A DNA stretch of 64,000 bases from Candidatus Latescibacterota bacterium (GCA_965205975.1 OZ242195.1:2304001-2368000); one strand, 5' to 3'. Numbered from the stretch's first letter, positions 1 through 10,526 are shown. Notes: generated by a model not told the origin, from the sequence alone. Translations and numbers: made by a program.

Positions 1-234
1 GTGCCCAATCAGTTTTACGGTCTCATTTTTGCAGATGCGGGTAATGCCTGGGACAATCTGGATCGGATCAGCCTGACGGATATGCGTCGGTCAGCCGGTT
101 TTGGCATTCGGATTGTAGCACCTGTAGTGGGTATTATGGGATTTGATTTTGCATGGGGATTTGACCGTCGGCGTGTCGATGGTCAGTCCGTACAGATGAT
201 GACGCATTTCCAATTCGGTCCGCAATTTTATTAG
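1..234 (+). CDS. bamA: Outer membrane protein assembly factor BamA, C-terminal fragment (runs off the window start)
   Basis: FADAGNAW...RRSAGFGIR...P.VG.MGFDFAWG and terminal FQFGPQFY match the Omp85 C-terminus; skp follows directly. Confidence 0.9.
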   Translation: MPNQFYGLIFADAGNAWDNLDRISLTDMRRSAGFGIRIVAPVVGIMGFDFAWGFDRRRVDGQSVQMMTHFQFGPQFY

Positions 235-304
235 CGGTCAGACTCCTCCTGTACCCATGGATGGCAAGGGAGGGCCAAAAGCACTATTCACGGAGGGAAT
301 TTTG

Positions 305-853
305 ATGACACGCTGTCGCTTACTTTATGTCGCGCTATCTCTGGCACTAACTGGAATAGCCAGTACTGCTGGCGCGGAGCTAAAGCTGGGGTATATTGAT
401 TCGCAGAAAATTTTGGATCAATACAAACCCTATCAAGATGCTTTGAGAGAATATAGCCGTTACGAAGATGAACTCCAGCGCAAGATGAGCACCATGCAAA
501 ACGATCTCGCCAAGATGCAAGACACCTACGAACGCCAATCTCTGCTTTTGAGTGACAAACGCAAACAAGAAGAGCAGCAGGCCATTTTGAAAAAACAGCA
601 GGAACTGCAGCGGTTTGTACAAGACACCACCTCGCCACAAGGCAGTCTCGCGCGCAAGACCGCGGAATTGTCCGAACCTATTATTCAAACAGTGAATGCG
701 GTTATCAAACAAGTGGCAGAGGACGAAGGCTTTGATTTTGTACTCAATTCGACTGCGCTGGCCTATGCGAAAGAGACACACGATTTGACCGATAAGGTCC
801 TCGAAGCACTGGCCAAAGATCTCGAGGCCAAAGCGAAAACCGAGGGACCATAG
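305..853 (+). CDS. skp: OmpH/Skp periplasmic chaperone
   Basis: Signal peptide, KLGYIDSQKIL, coiled-coil body, FDFVL...DLTDKVL; ATG 305 after GGAGG. Confidence 0.9.
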   Translation: MTRCRLLYVALSLALTGIASTAGAELKLGYIDSQKILDQYKPYQDALREYSRYEDELQRKMSTMQNDLAKMQDTYERQSLLLSDKRKQEEQQAILKKQQELQRFVQDTTSPQGSLARKTAELSEPIIQTVNAVIKQVAEDEGFDFVLNSTALAYAKETHDLTDKVLEALAKDLEAKAKTEGP

Positions 854-883
854 TACATTATCTATATATGTTGTTTTCTATTG

Positions 884-924
884 AAAGTCTCTGATTTACC
901 CAGCAGGGTGACCGGAGACTTTTT
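884..924 (+). terminator. Hairpin between skp and fabZ
   Basis: AAAGTCTC...GAGACTTT stem followed by T run. Confidence 0.45.
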
Positions 925-945
925 AATATAATATTGGAGGATGTC

Positions 946-1383
946 GTGACTTTGGATATTAGAGATATTGAAAAAATTCTTCCGCATCGTTATCCTTTTC
1001 TCCTGATAGATCGCGTAACCGAGTTGGTGCCCGGCGAGCGGCTGGTCGCGTACAAAAATGTGTCAGCTAATGAGCCGTTTTTTCAGGGACATTTTCCCGG
1101 CAATCCCGTGATGCCGGGCGTGCTTATTATCGAAGCACTGGCTCAGGCCGCTGCAATTTTGATGAGTGATGGGCAGGAAAGCGATTTGATCCCATTGTTT
1201 ATGGGCATTGACAAAGCGCGTTTCCGAAGGCAAGTTGTGCCCGGTGATCAACTCCAGCTAAAAATCGAAGTAGGCCAAAAACGCCGCAATGTGTGCAAAG
1301 GAATTGGCGAAGCCACAGTGGATGGCGATGTCGCTGCACAGGCGGAATTGATGGCGATGTTTGCAAAGCGCGAAGATTTGTAG
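946..1383 (+). CDS. fabZ: 3-hydroxyacyl-ACP dehydratase FabZ
   Basis: LPHRYPFLLIDRV and FFQGHFPGNPVMPGVLIIEALAQ motifs; GTG 946 follows GGAGG. Confidence 0.95.
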   Translation: MTLDIRDIEKILPHRYPFLLIDRVTELVPGERLVAYKNVSANEPFFQGHFPGNPVMPGVLIIEALAQAAAILMSDGQESDLIPLFMGIDKARFRRQVVPGDQLQLKIEVGQKRRNVCKGIGEATVDGDVAAQAELMAMFAKREDL

Positions 1384-1400
1384 CACCTATCCTCATTCTA

Positions 1401-1444
1401 ACAAAAAACTCGGCACCAATCTAAAAGCCGAGTTTTTTGTTTTA
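1401..1444. terminator. Bidirectional intrinsic terminator
   Basis: ACAAAAAACTCGGC / GCCGAGTTTTTTGT inverted repeat between convergent fabZ and ABC-F genes. Confidence 0.8.
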
Positions 1445-1477
1445 TAAAAGTGTTCAGCGAAAATATCCGCGCGCCAC

Positions 1478-3349
1478 TCATTTTTCTCTTTCCAAAACTT
1501 CCCATTCCTCAAATAAGTGATCCATTCTATTTTGAATCCCTTCCTTTTCCTGTGCCAGTTCTTTCAGGCGATGCCAGTCGGTAGCGAGGTCTTCTCTCGC
1601 CATTTCTTCCGTTAGCTGGATAGCCTGATCCTCAAGTATAGCTATCGCTTCTTCTATTTCGGCTAAGCGGCGTTCTCGTCTTTGCTGCTGCCGCATTGCA
1701 CGCTTGCGATTTTTATAGTCGGTTTGCGTTTTGGGTGCATTCTGTACGGTCGGTATTTCTACACCCTGTATCTGACGCTGGTAAGTATCGTAATTGCCGT
1801 CCACCAGTTGCCACTTTCCGTCGCCAAGCACGATCAGGCGATTGACCAGACGGTTGAGAAAATATCGGTCGTGTGAAACCGCGATTACAGTCCCCTCAAA
1901 AGTCTCAAGCGCGTTTTCCAGCACATGGCGGGAGGCGATATCCAGATGGTTGGTGGGTTCGTCGAGCACCAGCAGATTGAGGGGGGAACGCATGAGTTTG
2001 GCCAGGGCAACACGGCTTTGTTCTCCCCCACTGAGCGAACCCGTCTCGCGTTCCACGTCGTCCCCAGAAAAGAGAAAAGCACCCAGAAAGTTTCTAATCT
2101 CCTCTTCCGGAACATTGGGCGTGAGTGACCAAATTTCTTCGAGAACGCTCAAATTGGGATTCAGGTCCTGACGGGTTTGCGCGTAATATCCAATCTCGAG
2201 ACCTTTGCCCGGAATAACGCGTCCCGAGTCCGGTGCGAGTTGTTCCATAAAAATTTTCAAAAGTACGGATTTGCCCGAACCATTGGGACCTATAATGCCA
2301 AGGCGCTCGCCCCACCACAACGTGAGATTGAGATCGGCAAACAGAGGATGGTCAGGATAGGCTTTGGTAAGATTTTCAACCTGTAAAACGCGATCTCCCC
2401 CCCGTGAGGTGGCGTCAAATTTGAGCGCGATATCGCGTTGTTGTACAACGCGTTCTACGCGATCGAGTTTTTCAAGTGCCCTGCGTCGGCTCTGCGCCTG
2501 CTTGGTCTTTTGTCCGGCGATATTCCGGCGGATATACTCTTCGGTTCGCTCAATATGCGCTTGTTGCGCACGATAGGCTTTTTGCTGCTGCGCACGACGC
2601 TGTTCTTTTTCGTAGATATAAAAGGAATATGTTCCCGAATACTGTTCGACCACGCCTCGTTCCAGATCTACAATTTTGGTCACAGTGCGCTCGAGAAAAG
2701 TGCGGTCATGGGAAATAATGACAAAGGCTTTGGCATAATCCGAAAGAAAGTACTCGAGCCACTCTATAGCCTGCAGATCGAGATGATTGGTAGGTTCGTC
2801 CAGAAGCAACAAACCGGGTTCTCTTGCGAGCAATTGGCCAAGAGCCAGGCGATTTTTCTGCCCGCCACTGAGCACTTGCGTTGACAATTTCAGATCGGTT
2901 TCGCAAAAACCAAGACCGAAAAGAATGGCTTTGGCACGGGCTTCTGTCGCATACCCACCCATGTGCTCATACTGGTCTCGGAGATGCCCGTAATCATCGA
3001 GTACTGCATCGGAATTTTTACCCTCAGCCATAGTTTTTTCCAAATCCTGAAGGCGGTGTTGCAGAGCCAGAATATCGGCAAAAGCATCGAGTGCCGCGTC
3101 CATAACTGTGCATTCTGGATCAAATGTGGGTTCCTGTGTCAGAAATCCAATATTGAGATCGCGCTGCCTGTGCAGTTGCCCTCGATCGGGTAGGCTTTCT
3201 TCGGTTATGAGCCGAAGCAACGTGGTTTTGCCACACCCGTTGGGACCGACAAGCCCAATGCGATCACCTGGATCAATTTGCCAATGAATACCAGTGAGCA
3301 CATCGTACGCGCCGAAAGATTTCCAGATATCTTCGAGTTGGATAATCAC
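1478..3349 (-). CDS. ABC-F family ATP-binding protein
   Basis: Two ABC domains (GPNGCGKT, LSGGQ, LLLDEPTNHLD; GPNGSGKS, LSGGE), no TM segments, C-terminal coiled coil. Confidence 0.93.
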   Translation of the reverse strand: MIIQLEDIWKSFGAYDVLTGIHWQIDPGDRIGLVGPNGCGKTTLLRLITEESLPDRGQLHRQRDLNIGFLTQEPTFDPECTVMDAALDAFADILALQHRLQDLEKTMAEGKNSDAVLDDYGHLRDQYEHMGGYATEARAKAILFGLGFCETDLKLSTQVLSGGQKNRLALGQLLAREPGLLLLDEPTNHLDLQAIEWLEYFLSDYAKAFVIISHDRTFLERTVTKIVDLERGVVEQYSGTYSFYIYEKEQRRAQQQKAYRAQQAHIERTEEYIRRNIAGQKTKQAQSRRRALEKLDRVERVVQQRDIALKFDATSRGGDRVLQVENLTKAYPDHPLFADLNLTLWWGERLGIIGPNGSGKSVLLKIFMEQLAPDSGRVIPGKGLEIGYYAQTRQDLNPNLSVLEEIWSLTPNVPEEEIRNFLGAFLFSGDDVERETGSLSGGEQSRVALAKLMRSPLNLLVLDEPTNHLDIASRHVLENALETFEGTVIAVSHDRYFLNRLVNRLIVLGDGKWQLVDGNYDTYQRQIQGVEIPTVQNAPKTQTDYKNRKRAMRQQQRRERRLAEIEEAIAILEDQAIQLTEEMAREDLATDWHRLKELAQEKEGIQNRMDHLFEEWEVLEREK

Positions 3350-4164
3350 CTTTTACCGCCTCTTGCGCTATTAAGCACCTGACGCAGATCTTCCGCAGAT
3401 TGTCGAGCGGCGTCTGCAAAATCAATACCACTGGAAGCGTAGAGGATGCTGCGCGACGAGTTGACGAGAATACCGCTGCCTTTTCCGTTCAGACCATTTT
3501 GGACAATTGCATTAGTCTGACCACCTTGCGTTCCCACGCCGGGCAAAAGGATGGGGAGGTCAGTGGCAATCGCACGAATGGTTTTTAAGTCGTTGGGATG
3601 TGTTGCACCCACAACGAGACCGCAGGGTCCTATTTCCGACCATTTCACAGCTTTTTGCGTGAGCACCTCATACAGCACGCCCAGATCTGTGTTGAGGCGC
3701 AAAATATCAGCCGACCCGGAATTGGATGTGAGACACAAAAGGAAAGCACAGCCGTTTTGATAAGCCAAAAAGGGAGCAATAGCATCTGTTCCCATCAGAG
3801 GGTTGACAGTCACGGCATCAACGCCGAGTTGGCAATATGCCATGTATGCATAGTGTTCTGCTGTATTGCCAATATCGCCAGCTTTGAAATCGAGTATAAT
3901 TGGCATATCGTTGGGAATAGCATGGATCGCACCTTGAAGTGCCTCCCACCCCGCTATACCCTGCGCGCCAAAAAATGCAAAATTGGGTTTATACGCACAT
4001 GCAATATCTCGCGTGGCGGCTATAATTTCCTTGAGAAAAGCGAGTGTGGGATTGGATTTCCCTTTGAGGTGTTCGGGCAGTTTTGCCGGATCGGGATCAA
4101 GCCCCACGCACACAAAACTATCGTTGCGTTGTACCGTATCACTGTATTTCTCTAAAAAAGACAT
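3346..4164 (-). CDS. pyrF: Orotidine-5'-phosphate decarboxylase (type 2)
   Basis: VCVGLDP, YKPNFAFF, LDFKAGDIGNT, LPGVGTQGG, VNSSRSI motifs. Confidence 0.95.
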   Translation of the reverse strand: MSFLEKYSDTVQRNDSFVCVGLDPDPAKLPEHLKGKSNPTLAFLKEIIAATRDIACAYKPNFAFFGAQGIAGWEALQGAIHAIPNDMPIILDFKAGDIGNTAEHYAYMAYCQLGVDAVTVNPLMGTDAIAPFLAYQNGCAFLLCLTSNSGSADILRLNTDLGVLYEVLTQKAVKWSEIGPCGLVVGATHPNDLKTIRAIATDLPILLPGVGTQGGQTNAIVQNGLNGKGSGILVNSSRSILYASSGIDFADAARQSAEDLRQVLNSARGGKR

Positions 4165-4182
4165 TCAATCTCTCCGTTAAGC

Positions 4183-4214
4183 AAATGGCGGACCCCTCGT
4201 GGGAATCCGCCGTT
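4183..4214 (-). terminator. Hairpin downstream of RNase P RNA
   Basis: GGCGGA...TCCGCC stem with T-rich tail on the minus strand. Confidence 0.5.
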
Positions 4215-4247
4215 ACTGAATAACACCGCTTCAGCACATGCTTTGAA

Positions 4248-4617
4248 ACAAGCGGGCCTGTAAGCCGAGTTCTGTCGTTTGGTAGCCCAAACGGATGGTC
4301 ATTTATCTGGGACGCCGGTTACCCGACGCCTCTTGCGGCCTACCCGAGCGTAATAGCGAGACGGGCCATCTCTCCGCTCCTATTCGGCCTTGCTCCAAAT
4401 GGGGTTTACCGTGCCGCGCTCGTCGCCGAGTCGCGCGGTGGGCTCTTACCCCACCGTTTCACCCTTGCCCGCAGCGCGAAAAATCGCGCCCGCTGGCGGT
4501 CTGTTCTCTGTGGCACTTTCCATCGGGTCGCCCCGCCTGGGTGTTACCCAGCATTTTGCCCTGTGGAGCTCGGACTTTCCTCATCCCGAAAGGGATGCGA
4601 CCACCCAGCCCACTTGT
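4248..4617 (-). ncRNA. rnpB: RNase P RNA (bacterial type A)
   Basis: Minus strand has GAGGAAAGTCCGAGCT, GAAAGTGCCACAGAGAACA and ACAGAACTCGGCTTA; P1 ends ACAAGTGGGC/GCCCGCTTGT pair. Confidence 0.97.
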
Positions 4618-4624
4618 AATATTT

Positions 4625-5047
4625 TTATTTTTTAGACGTATCGGCACTGTCTTTTGTTGCAATGCCCTGATTTGCCAATCGGTCAGCTTCTCTATTTTGC
4701 TCTCGGCGCACATGTCTGATCCGAAAGCCATCAAAAGTTCTACTCTGCATCTGGGCAGTTTGATAAAGCGGCAAAAGCCCCCCACTTTTGACTTTGTATG
4801 TCCCATTCATCTGGTGAACCACGAGTTCGCTGTCGGAAAAAACTGTCACCCGATTGGCTTTGAACTGTGCCGCTATTTCGAGCCCCTTGATCAGCGCGCG
4901 ATACTCTGCAACATTATTGGTCGTACAGCCAATATATTCACAGTGTTCTGCGAGCAACTCTCCACCTGCTTCAATGCGAATACCAATACCAGCATGCCCG
5001 GGATTGCCCTTGGATGCCCCATCGATAAATAGGGTCAATTCGGTCAA
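4625..5047 (-). CDS. rnhA: Ribonuclease HI family protein
   Basis: FIDGASKGNPG, TTNNVAEYRAL, SDSELVV, NREADRLAN catalytic motifs. Confidence 0.92.
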   Translation of the reverse strand: MTELTLFIDGASKGNPGHAGIGIRIEAGGELLAEHCEYIGCTTNNVAEYRALIKGLEIAAQFKANRVTVFSDSELVVHQMNGTYKVKSGGLLPLYQTAQMQSRTFDGFRIRHVRREQNREADRLANQGIATKDSADTSKK

Positions 5048-5766
5048 GCCGCAGCCTCTTCGTCACTCCACACCAGAAGGCGACCACAACTTTCGCAACG
5101 CATGATGCTATCGGCACGTCTGACTTCCACCAGGCGTTGAGGAGATAATTGGCGGTAACAGCCGCCACAGGACCCTTTGCGAACTGGCACAATAGCAATA
5201 CCGCCTTTGACAACTTTGCGAATGCTATTGTATATGCTTAAAGGGCGGCGTTCCACACCGGGTTCGATGGCTGACCGTTTCTTTTTCCAGGCACGCACAT
5301 CTTTTTCTACAGAATTGAGTTTGACCGTTAATTCGTCAATGCGTTTTTGCCGGTCTTCTTCAATTTCCCGGTAGTAATTTTCGTCTTCGCGGAGTTTTTC
5401 CACAATTTTTTCAACTGTATCGATACTTTCCAAAATGGCGGTTTCGTGTTGGTCCTTGCGGTCGTGGAGGGTCGCAATTTCGATTTGCAAGGCATCGTAT
5501 TCTTTGTTGGTCTTTACCTCATAAAGCCTATCTTGATGTTTTTTCAGGTCTTCTTCTATTGCGCTGAGTTCTCTTTCGAGTGCCCGGCGATCTTTTTCCA
5601 GTTCTTCACTGCGCTGTTTTTGGGCGTCGAGTTGATCGCGTGCATCTTGCAGTTCACCGTTGAGACTGTTGATTTCTTTGGGATAATCGGTTTGAGATTG
5701 GTGCAACGCGTTGATTTCTTTATCGATTTCTTGAAGTTTCAGCAAATTAACCAAACTCTCTCTCAT
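5044..5766 (-). CDS. Coiled-coil protein with C4 zinc ribbon (DUF164/CT398-like)
   Basis: LQEIDKEI N-terminus, long coiled coil, CGGC...CESCGRLL; known synteny with rnhA-rnpB. Confidence 0.88.
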   Translation of the reverse strand: MRESLVNLLKLQEIDKEINALHQSQTDYPKEINSLNGELQDARDQLDAQKQRSEELEKDRRALERELSAIEEDLKKHQDRLYEVKTNKEYDALQIEIATLHDRKDQHETAILESIDTVEKIVEKLREDENYYREIEEDRQKRIDELTVKLNSVEKDVRAWKKKRSAIEPGVERRPLSIYNSIRKVVKGGIAIVPVRKGSCGGCYRQLSPQRLVEVRRADSIMRCESCGRLLVWSDEEAAA

Positions 5767-5788
5767 GCGTGGGTCTCCTTGTGAAGCG

Positions 5789-5828
5789 AAAAAAGAAAAG
5801 GTGCTACCCTGAGCAGGTGCACCTTTCT
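5789..5828 (-). terminator. Terminator after tRNA-Val
   Basis: AAAGGTGC...GCACCTTT stem followed by TCTTTTTT on the minus strand. Confidence 0.6.
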
Positions 5829-5876
5829 ATGGCCGTCTTTGCTACAACTTGAACCTCTTGATCAGAGGCATTGTAA

Positions 5877-5953
5877 TGGTGGGCGATACTGGATTTGAAC
5901 CAGTGACCTCCGGTATGTGAAACCGGCACTCTAACCAACTGAGCTAATCGCCC
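5877..5953 (-). tRNA. tRNA-Val (anticodon CAC)
   Basis: GGGCGATTAGCTCAGTTGGTTAGAG...CCGGT-TT-CAC-AT-ACCGG...GGTTCAAATCC...ATCGCCCACCA cloverleaf with encoded CCA. Confidence 0.97.
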
Positions 5954-6103
5954 AATTTTGCAATAATACCGCACAGAACAGCCAACCTATTTTTTAAAAA
6001 TTAAGAGCAGGACAGAAAATTTTACAACGCATTTTAATTAACAAAAGATAGTTTGGGATGTCAAGCCCGATTCCTGAAATCAGGCTCTGGCTACCCCCCA
6101 CAT

Positions 6104-6868
6104 TTACGCATTTTCTTCTAACTGCACAGTATCGGGCCGCCGACCTATTGACGGTGGAGCCATTAAGCGAATCTGTTGTGCCGTCAAATTTTCATAATCA
6201 TCGACATTGTAATACGTATTTGCCCACGATGAATGTCCGGGACTGTATTTATACAGAAATGCGCGCCGCTCGTGACCGGCTGTCCACGGCATCGTTCCAT
6301 GTACCAGTGCCTCTGTAAAAATCAACGCATCTCCCGCGTTCACTTCGGGCTGTACCACATAGTGAGGCGCCCGTTCATACTCCCGCACATCCTGTGGAAT
6401 GCTGTTCAAAAAATTGGTCTTGTGCGTGCCGGGAATACAACAAAACCCACCATCGCCTTTGCGTGCAGGCATCGTAAAAAAGGTCACCACCGTCAACCCG
6501 GTTCGAATAACACCATCGCGGTATTTGTACCAGTGGTCGCCCTCGCGTCCATTATCGCCCCCGTGCAATCGCCCTCGTTGCCCACCTTTTTGCATAAAAA
6601 TGCTGTAATCGTGATCAATTCGCACCTTTGGTCCCAAAAATTCCAGCAGATAAGGCATAATCTTCGGGTGATCCAACAACCTCTGAAAAGGTATCCCCCA
6701 CGTTGAGGGCCGCCCCACATTGCGATATTTGCCATCGACCTTTTTCATCTTCTCATCGGCAATCGCATTGAGTTCATCCACTTCCCGCTCTGAAAGCACA
6801 TTCTCAATGACAATATAGCCATCTAAGTCAAATACAAATTTCTCTTCAATATCCACCGATAACGGCAT
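6104..6868 (-). CDS. Phytanoyl-CoA dioxygenase (PhyH) family protein
   Basis: FDLDGYIVIENVL, LHGG, GGFCCIPGTHK, GDALIFTEALVHG. Confidence 0.85.
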   Translation of the reverse strand: MPLSVDIEEKFVFDLDGYIVIENVLSEREVDELNAIADEKMKKVDGKYRNVGRPSTWGIPFQRLLDHPKIMPYLLEFLGPKVRIDHDYSIFMQKGGQRGRLHGGDNGREGDHWYKYRDGVIRTGLTVVTFFTMPARKGDGGFCCIPGTHKTNFLNSIPQDVREYERAPHYVVQPEVNAGDALIFTEALVHGTMPWTAGHERRAFLYKYSPGHSSWANTYYNVDDYENLTAQQIRLMAPPSIGRRPDTVQLEENA

Positions 6869-7058
6869 GCTTTACTCCTTATGGATATGGACACAAAACA
6901 ATCGGATTTTAAAAAAGATAATAGCCTCAACAACCCTCGTCAATGAAGTTCCTTAAAGTGAGGTTCCATGATACAGAATGCTTTGTTCCTTGCCTATGTT
7001 GATAAACTGAAGTATTTTTTACAGGATATTTTGAATATCGGGCCTGAAGGAATTAGAC

Positions 7059-8852
7059 ATGAAACCCGAAGATAGTGCCAGAAAGAACATTGACAGGCAA
7101 CTGGAAGCCGCAGGCTGGCGTATCCAGGATCGTGAGAATTTGAATCTCGGTGCCTCGCTGGGCGTGGCTGTCCGGGAATTTCCACTGAAATCCGGTCTGG
7201 CGGATTATCTGCTTTTTGTCAACCGAAAAGCCGTTGGTGTGGTAGAAGCAAAGCCTGAAGGTACGACACTGAGCGGCGTAGCAGAACAATCCTATAAATA
7301 TCTAACAGGGGTTCCTGAAGGTCTCCCACATGTAGGAGATCCGCTTCCTTTTGCCTTCGAGACTACTGGTATTGAGACGTTCTTTCGGGATGAGCGTGAT
7401 CCGTATCCGCGTTCCAGACGGATATTTGAATTTCACCAGCCTCAGATCCTTCAGGAATGGGTGGAAGAGAAAGAAACGCTTAGAGCGCGGCTACTGAATC
7501 TACCACTGCTGATCAAAGCACCGCTGCGGGACTGCCAGATTGAGGCCATTGAAGGACTGGATCAGTCGTTTAAGGAAGCCCGCCCAAGAGCACTCATTCA
7601 GATGGCTTCTGGCAGTGGTAAGACATACACGGCCATTTCCTTTATCTATCGCCTGATCAAATTTGCCGGAGCCAAACGTGTCCTGTTTCTGGTAGATCGT
7701 AGTAATTTGGGACGTCAGACAGCGCGGGAGTTCCAGCAGTATAGCCCACCCGACGATGGTCGCAAATTTACAGAATTATACAATGTCCAGCACCTGCGCT
7801 CCAATAAAATCGACAAAGTCAATAAGGTATGCATCACGACGATCCAGCGCTTGTATTCAATGCTAAGTGGTGAGACTGAATATCACACAGAAGATGAGGA
7901 AGGTTCTCTGTTCGACACTTCCCCAGTGCGTTTCGACCGTGAGCAACAAAAGGAAGTCATTTACAATCCGAGTATTCCTGTTGACACGTTTGATTTCATC
8001 GTCACCGACGAGTGCCACCGCTCAATTTACAATGTGTGGCGCCCGGTACTGGATTATTTCGACGCCTTTGTGATTGGTCTGACAGCAACGCCTTCCATGC
8101 AGACCCTGGGATTTTTCGACCAGAATCTGGTAACGGAATACAGCCATGAGCGCGCTGTAGCGGATGGCGTGAATGTCGGCTACGAAGTGTACAGGATCAA
8201 GACCCAGATTACGCAGGAAGGCAGCAAGATCGAGGCTGGTTTCCATGTGGATAGACGCAACAAGTTGACGCGAGCGCGGCGGTGGAAACGCTTGGATGAG
8301 GACCTGGAGTATGAGTCTCGCCAACTCGACCGAGAGGTAGTTGCTCCCGACCAGATCAGGACTGTGATCAAGACGTTCAAGAGCCGGTTGTTCACTGAGA
8401 TTTTCCCGGGCAGAACCGAAGTACCAAAAACACTCATCTTTGCCAAGGATGACTCACACGCAGAAGATATAGTCCATATCGTGCGAGAGGAATTTGGCAA
8501 AGGCAATGAGTTTTGCAAGAAAATCACCTACCGCACCACAGGCGAGAGTCCCGAAGACCTAATCACCAGTTTTCGCAACTCCTATAATCCCAGAATTGCG
8601 GTAACCGTGGATATGATCTCCACCGGCACGGACATACGCCCCCTTGAGTGTTTGTTATTTATGCGTTCAATCAAGTCACGGGTGTATTTCGAGCAAATGA
8701 AAGGCCGTGGAACACGCACGATTTCAGATACGGATATCAAGGCAGTAACGCCGGATACCGAGCACAAAACGCATTTCGTAATTGTCGATGCCGTAGGTGT
8801 GTGCGAGGACGACAAGACCGATTCCCGACCTCTGGCTTTCTATCTCCATTAA
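7059..8852 (+). pseudogene. hsdR: Type I restriction subunit R, C-terminally truncated
   Basis: ADY...VVEAK nuclease motif, MASGSGKT, DECH, TAT, QMKGRGTR; ends abruptly at DKTDSRPL-AFYLH* (597 aa) without the C-terminal domain. Confidence 0.8.
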
Positions 8853-10000
8853 ATAAAATACAGAGAGGAACAAGCTATCCCGCTGTGAGAGATTCTGATG
8901 TTTTTTCACAGATAGTGCCTATTCCACCAGAAAATGAGCAAATTCGCATCGTCACCAAAATTGAAGAGCTTTTCACCAAACTCGATGCGGGCAAAGAAGA
9001 ACTCTTGCAGGCGAAAGCGCGATTGAAACGCTATCGTCAGTCTGTCTTGAAAGCAGCCATGGACGGAAAGCTGACGGAAGATTGGCGAAAGAAGCATGGG
9101 GACGAGGTTGAACCAGCGTCTATATTACTGGAGCGGATTCTCAAAGAGCGGCGAGAGAAGTGGGAAGCAGAGCAGCTTGAGCAGATGCGGGCAAAGGGGA
9201 TGATGCCCAAAAATGATAAGTGGAAGAATAAATACAAGGAACCACCAGGACCGTATACCTCGAAACTATCCGAGTTGTCGGAAAGGTGGATGTGGGTAAC
9301 GCTACCTCAAATTGGCGAATTGAACCGTGGCAAGTCAAAACATCGACCGAGAAATGCATCTTTTTTATATGGCGGTCGATACCCATTCGTACAGACTGGA
9401 GACATTAAACAGGCAAATGGTCTAATAGGACATTATAATCAGACATATAGTGAGGAAGGTCTTAAGCAGAGTCGCTTATGGCCTTCAGGTACACTCTGTA
9501 TTACTATCGCTGCAAATATAGCTGATACAGCAATTCTTGGATTTGATGCATGTTTTCCGGATAGCGTGGTTGGTTTTTTGCCAGAAATAGGACATTGTAA
9601 TATACGCTTTGTTGAGTTCTTCTTGCGGACAGCTAAGGACGACCTTGAGCGATATGCTCCTGCCACTGCTCAAAAAAATATCAATCTGGGGACATTAAAA
9701 GATTTAGCTATTCCTTTTCCGCCATTAGCCGAACAAAATGTGATCACTGAAGAAATAGATCGCCACCTCTCTGTTGCCGATGTAGTCGAAGCAACTGTTG
9801 ACGCCGAACTCAAACGATCTGATGCGCTCCGTCAATCTATTCTTAAGCAGGCGTTCTCGGGCAAACTGGTTCCGCAAGACCCCAATGACGAGCCAGCGGA
9901 GAAATTGCTTGCGCGTATTAAAAAAGAAAAAACTAAACTGGAGACCGAGCAGAAGACCAATAGAAAAGCCAAAAAGCAATTGGCGTTATTTGAGCATTGA
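8828..10000 (+). pseudogene. hsdS: Type I specificity subunit S, N-terminally truncated
   Basis: IPPENEQIRIVTKIEELF and FPPLAEQ..I...I conserved regions, ATAQKNIN, QSILKQAFSGKLVPQDP; no credible start, and the first TRD is mostly missing. Confidence 0.8.
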
Positions 10001-10026
10001 AGATGGAATAAAAAAAGGATAGAACG

Positions 10027-10317
10027 ATGGGAAAAACCACACTTAAAATGCAGTTTCACCTTCCGATTGAAAACATCTCCAAAAAGCATCAAATGGTAGC
10101 GACAAAAAAGGCAAAAGCTGCCTTCGTACTTGAACTTCTCCGACAAGGGGACATCAGCGCGGGAAAAGCAGCAGAACTTCTCAACGTTTCCCGATGGAAA
10201 CTCTCGAAAATGATGGCTGATGCAGGGATTTCCGCCTTTGATGAAAGCCAGACAGCAGAAACCTTACAGGCGGAAGTTGACAACGCCCTGCAAGACTTCG
10301 AAAATTCCACACCATGA
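10027..10317 (+). CDS. UPF0175 family putative antitoxin
   Basis: LELLRQGDISAGKAAELLNVSRW HTH pattern; ATGA-coupled to a PIN gene. Confidence 0.8.
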   Translation: MGKTTLKMQFHLPIENISKKHQMVATKKAKAAFVLELLRQGDISAGKAAELLNVSRWKLSKMMADAGISAFDESQTAETLQAEVDNALQDFENSTP

Positions 10318-10526
10318 AGGTTGTCGCAAATAGTACACCGCTAATTGAACTCTCGAAAATCCGCCAATTGGAACTCCTTCGGGATGTATATGGCTCAATC
10401 ATCATTCCAGAAGAAGTGTACACCGAAGTGGTCATTGATGGTGCTGGTGAATCGGGAGCCGCAGAAGTGGCAGCGGCACAGGAGAGTAATTACAAAAATG
10501 CCATCAGAAGTTTCCAGATTAAATGA
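10314..10526 (+). pseudogene. DUF3368/PIN-domain toxin, truncated
   Basis: MKVVANSTPLIELSKIRQLELL...IIIPEEVYTEV PIN N-terminus; similarity stops after about 56 aa at the hsdM RBS. Confidence 0.75.

Noticed and set aside
4295..5032. 245-aa plus-strand ORF and other ORFs over 4295-4806
   Set aside because: Antisense shadows of RNase P RNA and rnhA
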